DNA from: Bacillota bacterium | GTDB lineage: Bacteria; Bacillota; UBA4882; UBA8346 | Length of the DNA: 64,000 bases | Reading direction: 5' to 3' | Assembly: GCA_023392595.1 (NCBI GenBank) | Contig: JAEVYU010000065.1 | Location: 8,344-72,343 of the forward strand | Shown here: piece by piece, positions 17,937 through 27,903 of the stretch | Numbering within the stretch: position 1 is the first letter of the stretch | How the letters are laid out: the number at the start of each line of letters is the position of its first letter | Notes under the pieces: model-generated | The model's database searches: none | What the model was told of the DNA's origin: nothing | Seen by the model: the letters and a program-made list of their open reading frames with translations, nothing else | Program-made: the position numbers and the translations under genes

Positions 17937-18395
17937 ATGCATATTGTTTTATACCAGCCGGAAATACCGCAAAATACCGGAAATATCGCCAGACTCTGCG
18001 CTGCAGCCAGGGCGGGACTTCATTTAATTGAACCCTTGGGTTTTTTTTGGGATGATCAACGCCTTAAAAGAGCAGGTCTGGATTACTGGGAATTGGTTAA
18101 TATTGAACGGCATCTTAATTTACAAGCTTATCTCGATAAATATCCCGGAAAGGCCATTTATTATGCTACAACCAAAGGTGGGTTTTCTTATAGCGAAATA
18201 AACTATACAAGTGATGATGTTATTATGTTTGGCCCTGAGACCAGAGGTTTGCCGCCGCAAATCCTAAGCATAAATCCGGCCCATAATATCCGGATTCCAA
18301 TGTTTGAAAAGGCCAGATCGCTTAATTTATCAAATTCAGTGGCCATTATTTTGTATGAAGCCATTCGGCAGACCGGATTTCCCGGATTGATATAA
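17937..18395 (+). CDS. trmL: tRNA (cytidine/uridine-2-prime-O)-methyltransferase TrmL (SpoU family)
   Basis: MHIVLYQPEIPQNTGNIARLCAA... and FGPETRGLP...LNLSNSVAI; an RBS precedes the ATG at 17937. Confidence 0.85.
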   Translation: MHIVLYQPEIPQNTGNIARLCAAARAGLHLIEPLGFFWDDQRLKRAGLDYWELVNIERHLNLQAYLDKYPGKAIYYATTKGGFSYSEINYTSDDVIMFGPETRGLPPQILSINPAHNIRIPMFEKARSLNLSNSVAIILYEAIRQTGFPGLI

Positions 18396-18408
18396 AATTA
18401 AAGAAAAA

Positions 18409-18440
18409 GTAGCAGCCTTCAAGGGGGCGCTACTTTTTTT
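18409..18440 (+). terminator. Rho-independent terminator after trmL
   Basis: GTAGC(A)GCC-loop-GGCGCTAC followed by TTTTTTT. Confidence 0.65.
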
Positions 18441-18470
18441 AATCCATCCATTGAAATCTGTACTTAAGGA

Positions 18471-18689
18471 CTAAACCTGTTCCACGCTTTTAACTTCAGG
18501 TATCGTTTGTTTTAAGTAGCTTTCAATACCGTTTTTAATGGTCATGGTAGACATGGGGCAACCTGCGCAGGCACCTTTTAAACGCACCTGAACAATTCCA
18601 TCAACATAATCTACCAACTCAACGTCACCACCGTCGGCTTGCAGTGAAGGACGGATTTTATTTAAAGCATCATTAATTTTTTCTTTCAT
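18471..18689 (-). CDS. NifU-like (Nfu C-terminal domain) Fe-S cluster carrier
   Basis: LQADGGDVELV...GACAGCPMS; AAGGAG precedes the ATG at 18689. Confidence 0.8.
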   Translation of the reverse strand: MKEKINDALNKIRPSLQADGGDVELVDYVDGIVQVRLKGACAGCPMSTMTIKNGIESYLKQTIPEVKSVEQV

Positions 18690-18836
18690 AAGAGACTCCT
18701 TTCTAAAAATTGCTTGTATAAATCTTACCAAACTCAAGACCGGATCGCAATGAAAAACCACAAATTTAACATAATGATGAACGATTCCATTCCCTCGTTA
18801 GCATGTGCTAAATTAGGAAAAATGATTCTGAAAAAA

Positions 18837-19634
18837 TCAGTGACCCGGATTTGCGGTTCCCCTTACAGAATCCGAGGCCGGGCTTGAAGTCGAATCCGTT
18901 GAAGTTTCCGGAACTTCCACGCGGGAAGCGCTTTCCCGCAAAATTACCAAATCAACCCTGCGGTTCAAAGTACGTCCCTCAGGGATATCATTGCTGGCAA
19001 TAGGCTTAAATTGACCGAACCCAGCCGCCGATAAGTTAGCTGCTTGATTAGGGTATTTAGAAATCCAGTAAATAATAACATTGGTGGCCCGATCCGTCGA
19101 TAATTGCCAGTTCGATTCATACCGGGCGGTATGAATCGGCACATTGTCGGTATGCCCTTCCACCCGGATTTGTTTTTTGGTGGCAAAAATAATGTCGGCC
19201 AGCCTGTCCAATATTTCTTTGGCTTTGGGTGAGAGTCCGGCGCTGCCGGATTGAAAAAGCAAAGAATCCGCCAAATTTACCACCAAGCCCCGTTCAGTAA
19301 TTTTAGCATCCAACTTTTTGGTAATCCCTTGTTTGGCCGCGTACTCCTTTACCAGCTTGACCATGGATTTAAATTCATTATTTTCACGGACCGTAATAAA
19401 AGAAGTATTGCTCATTCCGGTTCCGCCGCCGCTATTACTATTAATCATATTTTTACCGCCGGATCCGAAAGCCATGCTCATGGATGTAGCCAAAGCCTTA
19501 AATTTGGTCATATTCACATTGGCCATGGAATAAAGCACCACGAAAAGCACGAACAACAATGTGATCATGTCCAAATACGTTAAAGTCCACCGTTCAGAGT
19601 TTTCTACTTCAGCTTCTTCTTGTTTTTTTCGCAT
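18837..19634 (-). CDS. motB: Flagellar motor stator protein MotB (OmpA-like C-terminal domain)
   Basis: Single TM (DMITLLFVLFVVLYSM) and an OmpA-like motif (VEGHTDNVPI...SNWQLSTDRA). Confidence 0.85.
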   Translation of the reverse strand: MRKKQEEAEVENSERWTLTYLDMITLLFVLFVVLYSMANVNMTKFKALATSMSMAFGSGGKNMINSNSGGGTGMSNTSFITVRENNEFKSMVKLVKEYAAKQGITKKLDAKITERGLVVNLADSLLFQSGSAGLSPKAKEILDRLADIIFATKKQIRVEGHTDNVPIHTARYESNWQLSTDRATNVIIYWISKYPNQAANLSAAGFGQFKPIASNDIPEGRTLNRRVDLVILRESASRVEVPETSTDSTSSPASDSVRGTANPGH

Positions 19635-19639
19635 GTCAA

Positions 19640-20449
19640 TTAACCTCTTGCGCCCATGGATTCTTTGCCTTGATCAGGCCGTTTCGTAGGCGGCAGGAAG
19701 GAAGTAAGCTTCTCACCGATAACCCGTGGATGTTCACCGGCTTGAATCGAGAGAATGCCTTCGATAATAATTTGGCGGGCTGCCGATTCTTCTTTACTGA
19801 TTGCTTTCAATTTATTACCAATCGGCAACCAGAAAACGTTTGCTGAAAAAATTCCGTAGAATGTCGCTACGAATGCCGTTGAAATCGATGGCCCTAGACT
19901 CGCTGCATCCGACATATTGGCCAAAACGTTAATCAGTCCCATAACCGTTCCGACGATTCCCATTGTCGGAGCAAATCCACCTGCCGCTTGAAACAATGAC
20001 GCCGCCGACTTATGGCGTTCTTCCATATACCCAGTTTCAATCTCCAAAATTTCCCGCACCAATGTGGGGTCGGTACCATCCACGATAAGTTGAATTCCTT
20101 TTCGCAAAAAATCGTTTTTAACACTGGCGATCATTTCTTCCAGCGTCAGCAATCCTTCTTTACGGGCCATTTCGGCATAACGGACCATCTCGCTGATGAG
20201 TTCGGTAATATCCATCTTGTCTTCTTTCATGGCGACCGAAATATATTTCCCGATGTTCAGAAAATCCTTTAACCGCATGCAAATCATCGTTGCTCCAATA
20301 GTTCCTCCAAAAACAATCAAACCTGCCGGAAGATTCAATAAACCAAGCAAACTGGAAATCTCGCCATGACCTTCCAAGATTCCCGATAAAACAATGGAGG
20401 CAATCGCCAAAAATAAACCTACAATCGTCGCTAAATCCATCTGTTTCAC
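19640..20449 (-). CDS. motA: Flagellar motor stator protein MotA
   Basis: Four-TM MotA/TolQ/ExbB-type channel (…APTMGIVGTVMGLI…), 5 nt upstream of motB. Confidence 0.85.
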   Translation of the reverse strand: MKQMDLATIVGLFLAIASIVLSGILEGHGEISSLLGLLNLPAGLIVFGGTIGATMICMRLKDFLNIGKYISVAMKEDKMDITELISEMVRYAEMARKEGLLTLEEMIASVKNDFLRKGIQLIVDGTDPTLVREILEIETGYMEERHKSAASLFQAAGGFAPTMGIVGTVMGLINVLANMSDAASLGPSISTAFVATFYGIFSANVFWLPIGNKLKAISKEESAARQIIIEGILSIQAGEHPRVIGEKLTSFLPPTKRPDQGKESMGARG

Positions 20450-20536
20450 TCCAAATTATATGTCTTCTCTCTTTTTATCGGTCTATTGGCGGAGAAGTTT
20501 AGTCATTTATTTAAAAAAATATGTTGGAGTTGGCCC

Positions 20537-21133
20537 TTAATCCCGGTTTTCTTTCGGTTGAATGACTCCGGCAGTGATAATGAGTTTAAAACCCTCTTCG
20601 ATACTCATATCAAGTACCATTACATCTTCTTCGGGTACAAAAATCAGAAACCCGGTTACCGGATTGGGAACTGTTGGTATCAGTACACTAATCAATTTCT
20701 GATTGGTTTGTGTATTGATACTTATCGGAGCTTCGGAAGTTAAAAACCCTGGGGAATAAAGCCCCTTCCGTGGGTATTCAACCAGCACAACTTGACGGAA
20801 AGAATTTTTATCCGCTTTGGTTAACGTTTCGGTGATTTGCTTGGCTGTACCGTAGACTTTACTGAGAATAGGAATTTTGTGGAGGATGTTTTCCCCGAAA
20901 GAAATTAATTTCCGTCCCAAATAATTGTGGGCTAAAAGGCCGGTTAAAGTAATTAAAACCAACAGGGTGATCAAGCCAAGTCCCATAACACGGATTTTAA
21001 AAATCCGAAAAATAAGCCCTCCCAAAATGGCATCCGTTTGATTAAAGGCCCAGATCAGCAGCAAAATTGTGACAACCAAAGGAATAGTGATAAATAACCC
21101 GGTTAAAAAGTACGTCCGTAAATGTTTGAACAT
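20537..21133 (-). CDS. DUF502-family membrane protein
   Basis: The N-terminus LRTYFLTGLFITIPLVVTI and overall layout match DUF502. Confidence 0.7.
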   Translation of the reverse strand: MFKHLRTYFLTGLFITIPLVVTILLLIWAFNQTDAILGGLIFRIFKIRVMGLGLITLLVLITLTGLLAHNYLGRKLISFGENILHKIPILSKVYGTAKQITETLTKADKNSFRQVVLVEYPRKGLYSPGFLTSEAPISINTQTNQKLISVLIPTVPNPVTGFLIFVPEEDVMVLDMSIEEGFKLIITAGVIQPKENRD

Positions 21134-21173
21134 TCAACCACCCTATCCAAGTTATTAGTTAATGCTTTTCCCG

Positions 21174-22988
21174 TCACACGAGCGCCCCTGTCAATTCAAT
21201 CATTTCATTCAACAGCTTTTCAAACACTTTTAACGCATCTTCAACCGGCGCAGGCGACTCCATATCCACTCCGGCTTTTCGTAACAAATTTAAAGGGTAA
21301 TCCGAATCACCGCTCTTAAGGAAATCAAGATATTTGGCAACCGCGCCCGTTCCTTCTTTCAAGATTTTTTGAGACAAGGCAATCGCAGCCGAATAACCTG
21401 TGGCGTATTTATAAACATAAAACGCGCTGTAAAAATGGGGAATACGGGCCCACTCCATGGCAATTTCGGGATCAACGACCGTCTCCTCACCATAATAAAG
21501 CTGATTCAATTTTAAATATTGTTCCGAGAACCACTCTGCGGTCAATGCGCCGCCATTTTCGACTTCCTGATGAATTATCTTTTCAAACTCGGCAAACATG
21601 GTCTGTCGGAAAACGGTCGTCCGGAATTGTTCCAGATACTGATTGAGCAAATAAAGCTTTTCCTGTAAATTAACGGAATTGGCAAGCAAATGCTCCATCA
21701 ATAAAGCTTCATTTACAGTGGAAGCCACTTCAGCGACAAATATTTTATATCCGGCATAGATATAAGGTTGATGATGATTGGAAAAATAACTATGAAGCGC
21801 ATGCCCCATCTCATGAGCGATCGTAAAAACATCATGAACTTTTTCTTGATAATTGGCCAAAATAAACGGATGGGTATCATAGGCGCCCCAAGCATAAGCG
21901 CCTCCTGTTTTACCCGCGTTTTCATAAACATCAATCCAGCCGCCATTAAGTCCTTTCTCTACCAGCTGAATGTATTCCTTTCCCAGGGGATGTAAACCTT
22001 TGAGTACCAATTGCTTGGCTTCCCCATAATCTATCGTTCGTTGGTATTCCGGAATTAAAGGGGTATACAAATCGTACATATGTAATTCCGGTATGTTTAA
22101 AAGTTTTTTGCGCAATTTCAGGTAACGGTTTAAAGCCGGGATATAAGCGTGAATGACATCAATTAAACGATTGTAAACATTTGTAGAGATATTGTCATCA
22201 TATAAGGAGGCTTCCAATGCCGAATCGAAATGGCGGGTCTTGGCATAAAAAATGTCGGCTTTCACAGAAGCATCCAAAGTGGCCCCCAGCGTGTTATCAA
22301 AATTGGAATATGTACTGTATAAGGCCTTAAAAGCATCCTGACGCACCTTGCGGTTTTGACTTTCAATATACTTGGAATAACGGCCTTTGGTGAGCTCAAC
22401 CTCTTCACCTTTCTCATCCGTAATGACGGGAAACTTAAAATCCGCGTTATCCAGCATGCCGAAAATAGTTCCGGCAGCATCGGAAATCTCAGCCGTTTGG
22501 GCTAAGATTTTTTCTTCAGCGGCTGATAAAATATGTTGCCTTTGCCGTTCCAATTCTTTGAAGAAATATTCGTAGACTTTAAGTTCCGGCTGCTCTTGAA
22601 TATATTGCCGGAGAAGATCCGGTGGGCACTCTGCTAAAGCCGGTACGATAAATGATAGCGTACTGCCTACTTCAGTGGCAAGGCTCTGAATTCGGTTGGT
22701 AAGAGCTTGATAAATGGCATTAGCATTATTTTCATCCTTATGCATTTTCGCATAAACAAACAGCTTATCCAGCAACCGGCCGATTTGGTCTTTTAACTGG
22801 AGAACATCCAAGAGATTCTGGGCGGAGTTTAGAAAATCAGCTTGAACCTCGTTTACTCTGGCTAAATCATCTTTGAGTTTTTTAAAATCCGATTCCCAAT
22901 CATCTTGACTGCCAAAAATATCATTTAAATGCCATTTAAATTCATTTGGGATCTCTTCCCGAGTTGGTATTTTCTTAGAGTTTGCCAT
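21174..22988 (-). CDS. pepF: Oligoendopeptidase F (M3B)
   Basis: HEMGH zinc motif within TIAHEMGHALHSYF; about 600 aa. Confidence 0.9.
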   Translation of the reverse strand: MANSKKIPTREEIPNEFKWHLNDIFGSQDDWESDFKKLKDDLARVNEVQADFLNSAQNLLDVLQLKDQIGRLLDKLFVYAKMHKDENNANAIYQALTNRIQSLATEVGSTLSFIVPALAECPPDLLRQYIQEQPELKVYEYFFKELERQRQHILSAAEEKILAQTAEISDAAGTIFGMLDNADFKFPVITDEKGEEVELTKGRYSKYIESQNRKVRQDAFKALYSTYSNFDNTLGATLDASVKADIFYAKTRHFDSALEASLYDDNISTNVYNRLIDVIHAYIPALNRYLKLRKKLLNIPELHMYDLYTPLIPEYQRTIDYGEAKQLVLKGLHPLGKEYIQLVEKGLNGGWIDVYENAGKTGGAYAWGAYDTHPFILANYQEKVHDVFTIAHEMGHALHSYFSNHHQPYIYAGYKIFVAEVASTVNEALLMEHLLANSVNLQEKLYLLNQYLEQFRTTVFRQTMFAEFEKIIHQEVENGGALTAEWFSEQYLKLNQLYYGEETVVDPEIAMEWARIPHFYSAFYVYKYATGYSAAIALSQKILKEGTGAVAKYLDFLKSGDSDYPLNLLRKAGVDMESPAPVEDALKVFEKLLNEMIELTGALV

Positions 22989-23189
22989 TGATTATGACCT
23001 CCCATTTTAAGTATAATCATCTTAAGATCCATAATATTCTTCCCCAAACTTTGTCAATCCTTTAGGAGATAATTTATAAATTTTTAATTTCCGGTGGGGA
23101 TTACCGGTTTATTGAGGCCCGCCATTCTTTTCCGAGTAACTTTAGGCCAATGCGCTTAAATTTTTAGGCTTCCCCAAAACGCAATAAAA

Positions 23190-23214
23190 CTAAAAATACC
23201 GGAACACCCGGTAT
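23190..23214 (-). terminator. Rho-independent terminator downstream of hisC
   Basis: On the minus strand, ATACCGG-GTGTT-CCGGTAT is followed by TTTTTAG. Confidence 0.5.
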
Positions 23215-23310
23215 TCAAGCATATCATCCTTAAAAATATTTGGACGACTATTCTAAATTATATTTATTGAAATAACTTAAGCAGCCCTAAAAATAACCCC
23301 GGCTTGGACG

Positions 23311-24417
23311 TTAATTTTTTAAAGCAGCCCGAAATAATTTGAAAAATCGGTCATTTTGTTCAGCCGTTCCAAATGTCACCCGGATATAATTAGGTAGACC
23401 AAATGAGTGGGTTGGACGCACAATAACCCCATTTTGCAGTAAACAACGATATATCTCCTGACTGTCTTGCTTACAATGAATTAAGATGAAATTGGATTGA
23501 GTCCGAAGGTACTCAATCCCCAGTTCGTCCAGCTCTTCATAAAAATAACGTCTTCCGGCAAAAACCAATTCTTTACTTAATTGAATATGTTTTTTGCTTC
23601 CGATTGCCGCTACTCCAGCTGCCAAAGCTAAAATATTGACATTAAACGGGTCGCGGACCTTCTGCATTTGAGCGATGATGGGAGGCGCTGCGATCGCATA
23701 ACCCAAACGCAAACCGGCCATGCCGTGAATTTTGGAAAAGGTATGATACACAATAAGGTTATCAAAACCTTCACGAATTAAATCCAGTCCCCCAGGAAAA
23801 TCCGGATCGTCGGCAAAATCGGCATATGCTTCATCCAATACAACGAGAACTTTTTCCGGTAAACGCTTTAAAAACTCAACCAACTCGTCACGCTTGACAA
23901 TGGTTCCGGTTGGATTATTTGGATTACAAATAAATATCAGTTTCGTGTGACTTGTTATCGCTTCGCGCATTGCCCGTAGATCATTCCCCAAAGACCCGTC
24001 CGGGCTTTTTACAAGGACAGGTTTAGCGCCCATCAATAGTGTTACCGTTTCATACATGCTAAAGGTCGGTGATGGAATAATTACCTCATCGGTAGGCTTT
24101 AGAATTGTTTCTGCCAAAATACGATTGACATCATCTAACCCGTTTCCAATTAAGATTTGCTCAGGCCCAACCTTTAGCTCATGACACAGCGCTTCCTTTA
24201 AATAAAAGTGATTGGCGTCGGGATACATATTTACCTTATCCAACAACTGGGTAATTGTTTGCCGAACTTCTTTTGAAGGGCCTAAAGGATTTTCATTGGA
24301 GGCCATCTTTACAACCCCATTGATTCCGAGCTCCCGTTCCACTTCTTCAATGGGCTTTCCTGGAATATAGGGTGGAATTTTATCGATACAGTTCCTGAAC
24401 AACTGATTGGAATTCAT
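23311..24417 (-). CDS. hisC: Histidinol-phosphate aminotransferase
   Basis: PLP-lysine motif YHTFSKIHGMAGLRLGY and NPNNPTG; AAGGAG RBS. Confidence 0.9.
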   Translation of the reverse strand: MNSNQLFRNCIDKIPPYIPGKPIEEVERELGINGVVKMASNENPLGPSKEVRQTITQLLDKVNMYPDANHFYLKEALCHELKVGPEQILIGNGLDDVNRILAETILKPTDEVIIPSPTFSMYETVTLLMGAKPVLVKSPDGSLGNDLRAMREAITSHTKLIFICNPNNPTGTIVKRDELVEFLKRLPEKVLVVLDEAYADFADDPDFPGGLDLIREGFDNLIVYHTFSKIHGMAGLRLGYAIAAPPIIAQMQKVRDPFNVNILALAAGVAAIGSKKHIQLSKELVFAGRRYFYEELDELGIEYLRTQSNFILIHCKQDSQEIYRCLLQNGVIVRPTHSFGLPNYIRVTFGTAEQNDRFFKLFRAALKN

Positions 24418-24429
24418 TTGAGAGCTCCT

Positions 24430-24798
24430 TTATTCCTGTACTGTTAGATCAGGTCTTAGTTTGACGGCTTCTCGCAAATAAACAGACTTAACCTCTGATT
24501 TTTGCAAATCGGTATAAAAATATAATAATGCCCGAATACATAAAGGCAAAGCACCCGGTTTGGGAATTTCCTGAGCGCACATCAAAGGCGTATCGATAAG
24601 TCCGATTTTACGCGCAGCTACGGCAGGAAACTCACTGATGACATCCGGAGTGGTTGTAAAAAAAATACTGACGATGTTTTGGGGTTGAATCTGGTTTTTC
24701 TCCATCAAACTTAACAACATTTCCTCGGTAGCGGAGACAATTGCGGCAGATTCGTCTTTATGGATAGTAATGGCTCCTCTAACAGCTCTTAATTGCAT
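24430..24798 (-). CDS. aroH: Chorismate mutase, AroH class
   Basis: RAVRGAITI... and ...CIRALLYFYTD...VYLREAVKLRPDL align closely with B. subtilis AroH. Confidence 0.85.
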   Translation of the reverse strand: MQLRAVRGAITIHKDESAAIVSATEEMLLSLMEKNQIQPQNIVSIFFTTTPDVISEFPAVAARKIGLIDTPLMCAQEIPKPGALPLCIRALLYFYTDLQKSEVKSVYLREAVKLRPDLTVQE

Positions 24799-24802
24799 AA
24801 TA

Positions 24803-25216
24803 TCACCCTATCGCCCGGTGGCTTAAGCCGACCGCCACCTCGTCCAAATGAATCAACCCGATACAAAAAAATGCCGCAACGCTAATATGGTCGCCCTTGC
24901 GGGCAATTCCTAATTTCCCGCCTATGTTTAACCCGATGGATTTCGTTAAAATTTGGGACATCGCATCACGAGTAGCCCCTACAATAGCCCCTTCTTCCAA
25001 GTGGCATTCTTTAATGACCTGTTCACGTTTGGCAGCTACGATTGCGCGCTCCACCAAAGTTTTCATAGCCGGAATTGCTTCCCCGCCATAATCAATTGCA
25101 GCGGTCCATATTTCCCGGGTCCGGTATTCCTCTTTCATTGCTTTTTCATCCTCACGCGAAGCTGTCATAGCAATCGACAAGGCCGCTTTGGCGACTTCTC
25201 TGCTACCGGTTTCCAT
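24803..25216 (-). CDS. HutP-family protein (divergent RNA-binding antiterminator-like)
   Basis: Aligns by eye to B. subtilis HutP: AIVAAKREQVIKECHLEEGAIVGATRDAM vs [31 protein letters not shown], and GDHISVAAF...GLIHLDEVAVGLSH vs GDWIAVSLY...GLEHETFGVGINH. Confidence 0.6.
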   Translation of the reverse strand: METGSREVAKAALSIAMTASREDEKAMKEEYRTREIWTAAIDYGGEAIPAMKTLVERAIVAAKREQVIKECHLEEGAIVGATRDAMSQILTKSIGLNIGGKLGIARKGDHISVAAFFCIGLIHLDEVAVGLSHRAIG

Positions 25217-25252
25217 CCGGGCATCCCCTTTCGAAAAACTTGGTTCATGGAA

Positions 25253-25280
25253 TAAAAAAGCACCGATGGCTGCAGTGCTT
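25253..25280 (-). terminator. Rho-independent terminator upstream of the HutP-like gene
   Basis: On the minus strand, AAGCAC-11 nt-GTGCTT is followed by TTTTATT. Confidence 0.55.
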
Positions 25281-25332
25281 TGGTAAACTTAAACTTCATT
25301 TTAATTTAGCACAAATTAAGCTTGATTACAAG

Positions 25333-25608
25333 TCAACGCGCCTTAAAACTTTTGTAAAACTTGACAGGTTGTCCTTCGTATTTTTCGGTTAGAATAAACC
25401 TGCTTCGAAACTCCGAATGGGTTAACAAAATTTGCATCAACAGTATCACCAAAAAAAAGCCCACGAGAATCCAGACGCATTTACGTTCGCACATTTGTAG
25501 TTTGAAAAATATTTTTTCATACCAATGATGCCTTACTCTTATCGCCAAAAAAAATTGCTCCTTGAAGTTTTCAATGGATATAAAATTAGTATTACCGGAA
25601 TTTAGCAA
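25333..25608 (-). CDS. Hypothetical small membrane protein (one TM); doubtful
   Basis: ORF only. It overlaps the stop of the upstream flavoprotein gene, and I recognise no motif. Confidence 0.25.
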   Translation of the reverse strand: MLNSGNTNFISIENFKEQFFLAIRVRHHWYEKIFFKLQMCERKCVWILVGFFLVILLMQILLTHSEFRSRFILTEKYEGQPVKFYKSFKAR

Positions 25609-26888
25609 GAGTATAGCTCCCCCTTAAGGGCAATGCTACGGGCGGCCTCCAATCCGGCTACAAAACCAGTTGAAAAAGCAATCTGTAAATTAAAGCCACC
25701 GGTATAAGCATCCACATCCACCACTTCTCCGGCAAAATATAACCCCTGAATGAGCTTGGACTCCATCGTCTTGGGGTTTATTTCTTTAGTGTTAACCCCC
25801 CCTGCGGTAACAATAGCTTCAGCAATGGGTCTTGGTTTATGGATCGTTAAGGTCAAATTTTTCAATAAATCAACCAAATGCGACCTTTCTTCCTTATTAA
25901 TCTGATGCACCGGTTTCAAAGGATCAATACCAGACAATTCAATGATAACCGGAATTATTTTTTGAGGCAACAAATCATCCAATACATTTTTAAAAATTTT
26001 ATTCAGGGATTTGGAAAAATCTCTTTGGACTCTTAAATCCAACTCTTCTTTGGTTAATGCCGGTTTCAAATCAATTGAAATCGATACTGTATTCGGCTTG
26101 TCCAAAACCAAAAGAGAAATTTTCCGGCTTAAACTCAAAATAATCGGTCCGGAAACTCCGAAAGAAGTAAACAACATCTCGCCGAATTCGCTCTGGAGCT
26201 TTTTACCTTCATGAAAAGAGGTAACTTCCACATTGACGAGGGACAAACCCTCCAGGCGCTTTACCCAAGGTTCGAGTGTCTCAAGCGGTATCAATGAGGG
26301 CGTTAAAGGAATGATTTGATGCCCGGCCAAACGCGCAAATTGATAGCCATCACCTGTGCTCCCGGTCCCGGGATAAGAAAGGCCTCCGGTGGCAACCACT
26401 ACCATGGATGAATATACCTCTTTCCCATTATCAAGCCGGACACCACGTATTTGGCCAGTTTCTATAACCAAACCAGCAACTTTGGTGGAAGTTCTGATTT
26501 CAACTCCACTACTTTTCAATTCCTGATATAAAACACCAACCACATCTTGGGCTTTATCCGATTCTGGGAAAACCCGGTTACCCCGTTCAACTTTTAAAGG
26601 AAGTCCTAAGCTATTTTGAAAAAAGTTCATGAGCGCTTCCGGGTTCAAACGTTGAAATGCGCCATAGAGAAATCGTCCGTTTCCGGGAGTATTCGAAATC
26701 AACTGATTCATATCCGTTAAATTTGTAAGATTACAACGTCCGGCTCCTGTTATTGCCAACTTTCGCCCGATGGTCTTGTTTTTTTCAAATAATATTACCC
26801 TGGCGCCCTTGCGAGCTCCGGTGAATGCAGCCATTATTCCGGCAGGACCTGCTCCTATAACGATCAAATCAGCATCAGATTTTAACAC
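25602..26888 (-). CDS. BaiN/HI0933-family NAD(P)/FAD-dependent oxidoreductase
   Basis: Dinucleotide motif LIVIGAGPAGIMAA, CNLTN and the C-terminal GEVVDVDAYTGGFNLQ signature. Confidence 0.85.
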   Translation of the reverse strand: MLKSDADLIVIGAGPAGIMAAFTGARKGARVILFEKNKTIGRKLAITGAGRCNLTNLTDMNQLISNTPGNGRFLYGAFQRLNPEALMNFFQNSLGLPLKVERGNRVFPESDKAQDVVGVLYQELKSSGVEIRTSTKVAGLVIETGQIRGVRLDNGKEVYSSMVVVATGGLSYPGTGSTGDGYQFARLAGHQIIPLTPSLIPLETLEPWVKRLEGLSLVNVEVTSFHEGKKLQSEFGEMLFTSFGVSGPIILSLSRKISLLVLDKPNTVSISIDLKPALTKEELDLRVQRDFSKSLNKIFKNVLDDLLPQKIIPVIIELSGIDPLKPVHQINKEERSHLVDLLKNLTLTIHKPRPIAEAIVTAGGVNTKEINPKTMESKLIQGLYFAGEVVDVDAYTGGFNLQIAFSTGFVAGLEAARSIALKGELYSC

Positions 26889-27685
26889 ACCTTATCCTCC
26901 CGGGTCATAAAAATAGCTATCTGTTTTTCGAGATCCGGAACTATCTGTTCAGCCGCTTTACGTCCTATCTCCAAGCACTCTTTAGCCCTATGGAAATGCA
27001 AAGTACCGATATTGCCGAGTTGTGGGGCAATTGTCAAATCGGCTTGCAATATTTGCCTTGAGTCCAACGTATTCCCCATAATATCCAGGACCTTTGCCAT
27101 AACATCAAAAATGTTGCGGACCTCATGTTGGGTATGGTCAAACCCGACGTTAACCGCAACCGTTATATCACCGTTAAGCTGCCGGGCCACCGACACAGGG
27201 ACTCCGGCAACAACCCCGCCGTCTACCAAAGTCCGGCCATCCAAGTTAACCGGCGTAAATACACCCGGTATCGAAATGCTTGCCCTGACAGCCGACGCTA
27301 AAGGACCATTCTTGAAGACAACTTCTTCTCCGGTAAAAAGGTCGGTAGCCACGGCCCAAAATTCTATCGGCAACTCTTCGAAGGACTTACCTTTGGTCAA
27401 TAAATCAATAACCGCCTTTACCTTGGAACCATCGATTAGGCCTAGCGTAGGAAGATGAAAATCAATTAGATCCTCCCAATGAAAATATTCAACCAATTGT
27501 CCTAAATAATAAAGATCCGTACCCGCGGCATATGTAGATCCTATCAATGCTCCCATACTGGTACCGACGATTCCTGAAACTTTGATACCGGCTTCTTTTA
27601 ACACTTGAAGCACACCAATATGGGCAAAGCCACGGGCTCCACCGCCACCTAATACCAATACGATTCTGGGATAACTATTCGTCAT
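26882..27685 (-). CDS. Patatin-like phospholipase (RssA/YlbK type)
   Basis: Oxyanion GGGGARG, nucleophile elbow GTSMG, catalytic DGG. Confidence 0.85.
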   Translation of the reverse strand: MTNSYPRIVLVLGGGGARGFAHIGVLQVLKEAGIKVSGIVGTSMGALIGSTYAAGTDLYYLGQLVEYFHWEDLIDFHLPTLGLIDGSKVKAVIDLLTKGKSFEELPIEFWAVATDLFTGEEVVFKNGPLASAVRASISIPGVFTPVNLDGRTLVDGGVVAGVPVSVARQLNGDITVAVNVGFDHTQHEVRNIFDVMAKVLDIMGNTLDSRQILQADLTIAPQLGNIGTLHFHRAKECLEIGRKAAEQIVPDLEKQIAIFMTREDKVC

Positions 27686-27854
27686 TATAAAAAATGCGCT
27701 CCTTCCAAGAACTCAACGGGGGATTTTTGCCCGGCGCCAAAAATCAAACAAATCCTCCTCCTATATATTACATAATATCGAATGAAAGGTAAATACGGTG
27801 AGCAAATTATTCATAAGGTCTCCAAATATAAGATACTTACAGAACATGCCCATC

Positions 27855-27887
27855 AAAAAACGGGGCTGTTTAAAACCAGCCCCGTTG
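27855..27887 (-). terminator. Rho-independent terminator after lonB
   Basis: On the minus strand, AACGGGGCTG-loop-CAGCCCCGTT is followed by TTTTTG. Confidence 0.7.
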
Positions 27888-27903
27888 GTAAGTTTTAAAA
27901 ATT

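Noticed and set aside
18837-20449. motA-motB pair isolated from other flagellar genes, considered as a possible non-flagellar stator system
   Set aside because: motAB is also unlinked to the main flagellar operon in B. subtilis. Both proteins look canonical, so nothing unusual is supported.
20486-20743. 85-aa plus-strand ORF overlapping the DUF502 gene 3-prime end
   Set aside because: It is antisense to a plausible conserved membrane-protein gene, with no RBS and no motif.
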